Assembly: GCA_052390515.1 (NCBI GenBank)
Contig: JBQTGV010000087.1
Location: 1-10,881, forward strand
Source: Candidatus Eiseniibacteriota bacterium
GTDB lineage: Bacteria; ARS69
DNA length: 10,881 bases
Reading direction: 5' to 3'
Shown here: positions 1 to 5,601 of the stretch, one piece after another
Numbering within the stretch: the stretch's first letter is position 1
Layout: each line of letters opens with the position of its first letter
Translations under genes and position numbers: made by a program
The notes under the pieces: model-generated
Database searches by the model: none
What the model saw: only the letters and a program-made list of their open reading frames with translations
Told to the model about the DNA's origin: nothing

Positions 1-1
1 G

Positions 2-982
2 CGGGCGTTCTTCGGGGATCCGTACGTGTTCGATCCGGACGGGACTCTGGACCTGTGGACTCCGGAAGGTTTTCCCATGGGTCGTGTGGTTCTGACCGAT
101 CGTTCCAGCCACCAGGTGATCGTGGAGATCGACGGTCTGCCGTCGACCTCGACGGTGCGTTTCCTTCAGGGGGAGATCCGGGACGATCCACCGGTGGAGT
201 ACATCGATCCGAACTACCTGCGGGACGAGATGTTTTCGGGGACGTGGTCGGGGACGACGTTCACGGACACCGTGACGGTGGACACGACGGTGCCGAGCTT
301 CGTTCGGGTGGAAGTGGACGATCAGGGGACGGCGACGGCGTACTCGAACTGGCTGGCGTTCGTGACGGAGGTTCCTTCGCTGGGAGTGAAGGGACCGCGG
401 GTGGCGGCTGTGCTGGGCCAGGCGAAGGTGGTTCGAGCGGACGAGTTCACGCTGACGGGGATGAGCTACACGGAGGGTGCTCCGAGCATCCTGACCGTCC
501 AGGGTGACGAGGAGGCGGCGGGTCTGGGCACGCTGGAGATCGACACCGGAACGCTGGGAGCGCCGACCTCGGTGAGCGGGGGCGGGTTCACGTCGACGAC
601 GTACCAGAACGGGCTGCTGACGCTGGTGGGTCTGTCGGGGAGCGGATCGACGGTGGCGGTGGAGTGGGGAGGGACGGGCGCGTTCGTTCCCGCGGGCCGG
701 GTGGACCGTCTGTCGCTCTCGGTGGGGCGCCCGAATCCGTTCGGTGGGGGGACGATGGCGGAGTTCGCGCTTCCGCGGCCCTCGACGGTTTTCCTGGAGG
801 TGCTGGATGTGAAGGGCCGGCGGGTGCGGCTGCTCCTGGACGAGCGGCGTGAGACCGGGAGCCATCGGGTGTCCTGGGACGGCAAGGACTCGGGCGGGAG
901 ATCGGTGGCCAACGGGGTGTACTTCCTTCGCCTCACCGCCATGGGGGAAACCCTCACCACCAAGGCCGTCCGTATCCGATGA
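2..982 (+). CDS. 5'-truncated large, probably secreted protein with a C-terminal FlgD Ig-like / T9SS-type-A-like domain; possibly a PHP (CehA/McbA-like) metallohydrolase
   Basis: The frame is open from base 2 (RAFFGDPYVF...), so GTG 26 is probably not the true start. The C-terminus has the FlgD-Ig/CTD signature PNPF (731-742)...LEVLDVKGRRVRLL...HRVSWDGKDSGGRSVANGVYFLRL. RAFFGDP and SFVRVEV...AYSNW resemble the C-terminal motifs of CehA/McbA-type PHP proteins (weaker). Stop TGA 980-982. Confidence 0.8.
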   Translation, partial: RAFFGDPYVFDPDGTLDLWTPEGFPMGRVVLTDRSSHQVIVEIDGLPSTSTVRFLQGEIRDDPPVEYIDPNYLRDEMFSGTWSGTTFTDTVTVDTTVPSFVRVEVDDQGTATAYSNWLAFVTEVPSLGVKGPRVAAVLGQAKVVRADEFTLTGMSYTEGAPSILTVQGDEEAAGLGTLEIDTGTLGAPTSVSGGGFTSTTYQNGLLTLVGLSGSGSTVAVEWGGTGAFVPAGRVDRLSLSVGRPNPFGGGTMAEFALPRPSTVFLEVLDVKGRRVRLLLDERRETGSHRVSWDGKDSGGRSVANGVYFLRLTAMGETLTTKAVRIR

Positions 983-1006
983 GGCCGTTGCGCCGGCGGC
1001 GGGACC

Positions 1007-2140
1007 TCAGTTCCCCCCTCTCCAGCGCGATAGCGTAGCGGACCGCGCCAGCGCGTCGGCGGCCGTGGCATGGCCGTGACCGTTCCAGTGCGGGTCGTTC
1101 GGGAATTCGAATCGCTCTCCGTCGGCCCGGAACTTCTCGAAGAAGTACTCGTCCATATCCACCACCTCGAAGCCCGCCGCCCGCGCTTCGGCGGCGAAGA
1201 TCGCCCGCATCCGGACGAAGTAGCTGCCGGGCGCGGCCGCGGCGTCTTCCGGGTAACGCACGCCGTCGAGCACGAACACCACCTCGTCCGGCGCCCAGTC
1301 GGCGAACGCCTGGAGATCGCGCAGGAATGCCTGGACTGCTGCCTGGGAGCGTTCGAGCCGCTTCGGATCGGAGAACGATGCGGAGTTGCCGGCGTCGCGG
1401 CGGGCTCCCACCGGCATGGCGACGTCCGGTCGCGAGCCCAGCATCCTGGGCAGGCGCTGCTGAACCTGCAGGTTGAAGAACAGGTAGCGTCCCAGCGCGG
1501 TCGTGCGCACCAGCTCCCGCCAGCGGCGCGGCGCATAGTCGAAGCGGCGCAGCATCAAGGAGCCGTCGGGCGCGTTCACGTAGTGGTGGAAGCCCGGCTC
1601 GACCTTGTACTCGGCGAGGCTCTCGTCCCAGTCGTTGCCGACTACGACGATGGCCAGCCTCTGCGCCTGGAAGCGCTCACGCGCCTCGCGCGCCCAAATC
1701 AGGTACTGGCTGAGCGGCGCGCCCGAAGCGGCGAAGCTGTAGACGCGCACTTCGGGCGCGAAGGCCTGGGCCACTCGTCCGCTGATCGTCTCCGGGAAGG
1801 GCACCATCGAAGCCTCCACATAGGAGTCCCCGATGATGGCGCAGAGCGGTCGTGGATCGGCCGCGTCGTAGTCCTGGTCGTTGACGTAGCCGGCATTGTT
1901 GATGCGCGTCCGGTTGACCATGGCGAAGTTCCAGTCGCGAGACCACGTGATCCTCCGGTTGGGCGCGAAGCGGAAGACCGGGCTCGCCTCGTTCACCGGG
2001 GCGGCGCGAAGGCCGTCGTTGACCGGCAGGAACCGCAGGACGACCTCGGCGAGCAGCACCGGGGCGAGCAGGCCCAAGCCGACGGCAGCCATGCCGAGGA
2101 AGAGCGCTCTCGGGGTCGAGCGTGGCGCGGGGTCGGTCAT
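1007..2140 (-). CDS. SGNH/GDSL-family hydrolase or O-acetyltransferase (AlgX/AlgJ-like) with an N-terminal membrane anchor, 377 aa
   Basis: Start taken at ATG 2140 (MTDPAPR...), directly before the hydrophobic helix ALFLGMAAVGLGLLAPVLLAEVVLRF. SGNH blocks: IIGDSYVEA (catalytic Ser), SGAP, VGNDW, DPHWNGHGH (DxH). The 69-aa upstream extension in the ORF track is low-complexity Arg/Pro/Gly/Ala sequence. Confidence 0.82.
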   Translation of the reverse strand: MTDPAPRSTPRALFLGMAAVGLGLLAPVLLAEVVLRFLPVNDGLRAAPVNEASPVFRFAPNRRITWSRDWNFAMVNRTRINNAGYVNDQDYDAADPRPLCAIIGDSYVEASMVPFPETISGRVAQAFAPEVRVYSFAASGAPLSQYLIWAREARERFQAQRLAIVVVGNDWDESLAEYKVEPGFHHYVNAPDGSLMLRRFDYAPRRWRELVRTTALGRYLFFNLQVQQRLPRMLGSRPDVAMPVGARRDAGNSASFSDPKRLERSQAAVQAFLRDLQAFADWAPDEVVFVLDGVRYPEDAAAAPGSYFVRMRAIFAAEARAAGFEVVDMDEYFFEKFRADGERFEFPNDPHWNGHGHATAADALARSATLSRWRGGN

Positions 2141-2304
2141 GCAGGGAGACCACGTTCCTGCCGCGGTCGCAGGCCGGCCGTCTCCCGAGCGACGTCCCGG
2201 CGGGGCCGCCGCGCGGCAACACCCGGGGCGGCCTTCGGCCGCGGCCGGTGCACCCGTGCGGACCGGAGCGTGCTCGCGATGACCACCAGGGCACTCACCA
2301 CGGC

Positions 2305-2334
2305 ATCGTACCGCCCGGCGCGAAGGCCCTTCAA
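2305..2334 (-). promoter_or_regulatory. Candidate sigma70 promoter for the minus-strand SGNH gene
   Basis: Minus strand reads TTGAAG (2334-2329), 18-nt spacer, TACGAT (2310-2305). The predicted transcription start is near 2298. Confidence 0.5.
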
Positions 2335-2427
2335 GGGCTCCCTCCACCCACCGGCCCTTTCGGGCCCGGCACCGCGCAGCCCCCGCAGCGCCCCGAGGGG
2401 CCGTGCCGATTCCCCGCGCCCCTCCGA

Positions 2428-2445
2428 TTTGATACTTTGGTCAAA
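2428..2445 (+). promoter_or_regulatory. AT-rich inverted repeat TTTGA-N8-TCAAA overlapping a candidate extended -10 (TGaTACTTT, 2430-2438), upstream of the ligase-CBS operon
   Basis: Sequence tttgatactttggtcaaa is the most AT-rich patch in a GC-rich 360-bp divergent intergenic region and lies about 55-70 bp upstream of ATG 2501. Confidence 0.45.
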
Positions 2446-2500
2446 CGAGGGAGCGTCACCGCCGGCCGCACGGCGACCTCTCGCCACCCGAAGGTTCTCG

Positions 2501-4432
2501 ATGGGTGACCACACCCTCGATTCGTTCTCCGACCCGACCCGGCTCCGCATGTTCATGCGGCACCTGCTCAGCGACGTCCTGGCGCTGGAGCGCATGATCG
2601 AAGCGGGGCAGATCGAGTCCGGAGTGCGACGCATCGGCGCGGAGCAGGAGCTCTGCCTCGTCGACGCGAGCTCACGTCCGGCACCCGTGGCCGAGCCCGT
2701 CCTCGAGCTCCTGAACCACCGCGACTTCACTCCCGAGCTTGGCACGTTCAACCTGGAGTTCAACCTGCCCCCGGAGAAGTTCGGCGGAGCGTGCCTCTCC
2801 CGCATGGAGCAGGGCCTGAACGAGCGCTTGGCGCTCGCGCGGGAGGCTGCGGCCCGCTTCGGCTGCGAGGTGGTGATGGCCGGGATCCTGCCGACGCTGC
2901 GCAAGACCGACCTCGACCTCGAGAACATGATCCCGCGTCCACGCTTCCTGGCCCTGAACGCGGCGCTGCGCCGTCTTCGCGGCGGCGAGTTCGAGCTGCG
3001 GCTCACCGGCACGGACGAGGTGATCCTCAAGCACGACAACGTGATGATGGAGGCGTGCAACACGAGCTGTCAGTTCCACTTCCAGGTCGACTCGCACGAG
3101 TTCGCCAGGCTGTACAACATCGCCCAGGCGGTGACGGCACCGGTGCTCGCGGCCGCGGTCAATTCGCCCCTGCTCTTCGGGCGCCGCCTGTGGAAGGAGA
3201 CCCGCATCGCCCTGTTCCAGCAGGCCGTGGACACGCGTCCCACCGGCGACCACGTGCTGGACCGCAGCGCGAGGGTGAGCTTCGGAGAGAAGTGGGTGGA
3301 GGATTCCATCCTGGAGATCTTCCGCGAAGACATCGCCCGGTTCCGCGTCGTTCTGGGGATCGACATCGAGGAGGACCCCATCGACGTGCTGGACCGCGGC
3401 GGCGTCCCGCGGCTGCAGGCGCTGCAGCTGCACAACAGCACCGTGTACCGGTGGAACCGCCCGTGCTACGGCGTGATCGACGGGCGGCCGAACCTGCGCA
3501 TCGAGAACCGGGCGCTGCCGGCCGGGCCCACCGTCTTCGACGAAGTGGCGAACGCGGCTTTCTGGTTCGGGCTGGTCTCGGGCGTGGCAGGAAACGTCGC
3601 CGACATCCGCCGGGTCATGAGCTTCGACAACGCCAAGAACAACTTCCTGGCGGCGGCGCGGCAGGGGCTCGACGCGCAGTTCGAGTGGAACGGCGTGACC
3701 GTGCCGGCGAAGAAGCTCATCGTGCAGCGCCTGCTGCCGATCGCGCGCGAGGGACTGCTCGGTTCGGGCATCGACGAGCAGGATGCATCGCGATACCTTG
3801 ACGCGGTGGAGCGGCGGGTCCGCAGCGGTCGAACCGGCGCGGCCTGGCAGCTGGACTCCCTGACCCGGATGGGGCAGGAAGGCTCGGCGAAGCTCACCGA
3901 GAGGGTCGGGGCCCTGGTGCAAGGGCTCGTGGCGCGCCAGAAGGAGGGCAGGCCGGTGCATGAGTGGGAGCCCGCGGGGCTGCACGAGGCCCAGGAGTGG
4001 CGCGGCTTCAACCACCGCGTCGAGCAGTACATGACCACGGAGCTCTTCACCGTGCACGAGAACGAGGTGATCGACCTGGTCGCCAACGTGATGGATTGGA
4101 AGCACGTGCGCCACGTGCCGGTGGAGGACGACGCGGGGCGGCTGGTGGGCATCGTGTCCTACCGGACGCTGCTGCGCCTGCTCGCCCGGGACCTGCCCCA
4201 CCACCGCGAGAACCCCGTTCCGGTCAAGGACGTGATGACCCGGGACGTGGTCACCTGCTCGCCGCGCACCACCACGCTCGACGCCATCCGGCTGATGCGG
4301 GCCCGCAAGGTCGCGTGCCTCCCGGTCGTCGTCGACGGCCGCCTCGTGGGCATCGTCTCGGAGCGGGATTTCCTTCGCGTCGCCGGGGATCTCCTCGACG
4401 CGAAGCTCGGCGCCGGGAGTGACCCGGCTTGA
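2501..4432 (+). CDS. Glutamate--cysteine ligase family 2 (GCS2; carboxylate-amine ligase) protein with a C-terminal CBS pair, 643 aa
   Basis: ATG 2501 with GAAGG at 2490-2494. GS/GCS-fold motifs: RIGAEQELCLVD, PELGTFNLEFN, EACNTSCQFHFQV, NSPLLFG...ETRI, HNSTVYRWNRPCY, LRIENRALP. Two CBS repeats from about 4016 (RVEQYMT...HVPVEDDAGRLVGIVS and VKDVMT...CLPVVVDGRLVGIVSERDFL). Confidence 0.9.
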   Translation: MGDHTLDSFSDPTRLRMFMRHLLSDVLALERMIEAGQIESGVRRIGAEQELCLVDASSRPAPVAEPVLELLNHRDFTPELGTFNLEFNLPPEKFGGACLSRMEQGLNERLALAREAAARFGCEVVMAGILPTLRKTDLDLENMIPRPRFLALNAALRRLRGGEFELRLTGTDEVILKHDNVMMEACNTSCQFHFQVDSHEFARLYNIAQAVTAPVLAAAVNSPLLFGRRLWKETRIALFQQAVDTRPTGDHVLDRSARVSFGEKWVEDSILEIFREDIARFRVVLGIDIEEDPIDVLDRGGVPRLQALQLHNSTVYRWNRPCYGVIDGRPNLRIENRALPAGPTVFDEVANAAFWFGLVSGVAGNVADIRRVMSFDNAKNNFLAAARQGLDAQFEWNGVTVPAKKLIVQRLLPIAREGLLGSGIDEQDASRYLDAVERRVRSGRTGAAWQLDSLTRMGQEGSAKLTERVGALVQGLVARQKEGRPVHEWEPAGLHEAQEWRGFNHRVEQYMTTELFTVHENEVIDLVANVMDWKHVRHVPVEDDAGRLVGIVSYRTLLRLLARDLPHHRENPVPVKDVMTRDVVTCSPRTTTLDAIRLMRARKVACLPVVVDGRLVGIVSERDFLRVAGDLLDAKLGAGSDPA

Positions 4433-5595
4433 TCGTGACGAGGACCTCGACCGAGCCGGTCACCCGGCATCCCCGGCGCGTCCTCGGACGGGCCGGGGAT
4501 GGTTCGACCGGACCGACGGTCGTCTTCGTGGCCGGCGTGCACGGCAACGAGCCGAGCGGAGTGCTGGCGCTCGAGCGGGTCTTCGCCCGGCTCGAGGAGC
4601 ACGCCATCGTCCCGCGCGGCGTCGTGCTCGGTCTCTCCGGAAACCTGCAGGCGCTCGCCGCCGGGCGCCGCTACCTGGACCGCGACCTCAACCGCATGTG
4701 GTCGAGAGCCGAGGTGGCGCGGGTGCGCGCGGTCGCCGCGGGGGACGGAGCCGTGCCCGAAGACCGGGAGCTCCGCGAGCTGCTGCAGCACCTCGAGGAT
4801 GCGTTCCACGCGGCGAAGGGCCCCGTCACGGTCGTCGACCTGCACAGCGCGTCCTCGCGCACGGCACCCTTTGTCGTGCTCGGCGACACGCTGCACAACC
4901 GGCGGTTCGGGCGGAGGTTCCCGACGCCCGTGATCCTCGGCCTCGAGGAGCAGCTGGTCGGCACCTTGATGGAGTACGTGACCGGGCTCGGGCACACGTC
5001 GCTGGCGGTCGAGGGCGGCCAGAACGAGGACCCTCGCTCCGTCGACCATCACGAGGCGGCCATCTGGCTGGCGCTGGTGCACGCGAAGTCGCTCGCGCGG
5101 GAGCAGGTTCGGGACTTCGAGCAGCACCGCCGCCTGATCGCCTCGACGCGACAGGGCGTGCCCCGGCTCCTCGAGATCCTGCACCGCCACGAGATCCGCC
5201 CCGGCGACGAGTTCGTGATGCGCCCCGGCTATCGCAACTTCCAGCCGGTCCGCAAGGGCGAGGAGCTGGCCCGAGACCGGCACGGTCCGGTCCGTTCGCC
5301 GGGAGACTACGTGCTCTTCCTGCCGCTCTATCAGGGTCTCGGCAGCGACGGGTTCTTCCTGTCCCGCGCGGTCAGTCCCCTCTGGCTCGTCGTGTCCGGC
5401 GTGCTGCGCCGGTTCGGCGTCTCCCTCGTCGCCCCGTTCCTGCCCGGCGTGCGGAGACACCCCGAGCTCGCCGACACGCTGTTGGTCGATACGCGCATCG
5501 CGCGCTTCCTCGTACCGCAGCTCTTCCATCTGATGGGCTATCGCGTGCGCCGGATCGAGCCGGACCGCGTGGAGGCGCGCCGGCGCCGGAACTGA
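4429..5595 (+). CDS. Succinylglutamate desuccinylase/aspartoacylase family (M14-like Zn deacylase/carboxypeptidase), 388 aa
   Basis: Motifs AGVHGNE (HxxE), DRDLNR, VDLHS, AVEGG and MRPGYRNF...VRKGEELA. TTG start overlaps the upstream TGA (TTGA 4429-4432), with GGGAG at 4415-4419. GTG 4435 is an alternative start. Confidence 0.88.
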   Translation: MIVTRTSTEPVTRHPRRVLGRAGDGSTGPTVVFVAGVHGNEPSGVLALERVFARLEEHAIVPRGVVLGLSGNLQALAAGRRYLDRDLNRMWSRAEVARVRAVAAGDGAVPEDRELRELLQHLEDAFHAAKGPVTVVDLHSASSRTAPFVVLGDTLHNRRFGRRFPTPVILGLEEQLVGTLMEYVTGLGHTSLAVEGGQNEDPRSVDHHEAAIWLALVHAKSLAREQVRDFEQHRRLIASTRQGVPRLLEILHRHEIRPGDEFVMRPGYRNFQPVRKGEELARDRHGPVRSPGDYVLFLPLYQGLGSDGFFLSRAVSPLWLVVSGVLRRFGVSLVAPFLPGVRRHPELADTLLVDTRIARFLVPQLFHLMGYRVRRIEPDRVEARRRRN

Positions 5596-5601
5596 TCGGT
5601 G

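Noticed and set aside
983-1006. Possible terminator between convergent genes 1 and 2
   Set aside because: Only a weak 4-5 bp GC stem and no U-tract on either strand.
2141-2347. 69-aa N-terminal extension of the SGNH ORF
   Set aside because: Low-complexity sequence that spans the predicted promoter; the membrane anchor follows ATG 2140 directly.
2429-2444. FNR box
   Set aside because: Reads TTGAT-N6-GTCAA, not TTGAT-N4-ATCAA; spacing does not fit.
1070-2500. 1120-aa ORF 1070..4432 as one giant protein
   Set aside because: The first ~477 aa are the antisense shadow of the SGNH gene plus intergenic DNA. Ligase-like sequence begins at ATG 2501, which has an RBS.
4136-4360. Short direct repeat gtgggcatcgt occurring twice
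   Set aside because: Explained by the two CBS repeats both encoding GRLVGIVS.
2501-5595. Assigning gene symbols gshA and astE
   Set aside because: Only family-level similarity; the CBS fusion, the extra tail and the missing pathway context argue against assuming canonical functions.
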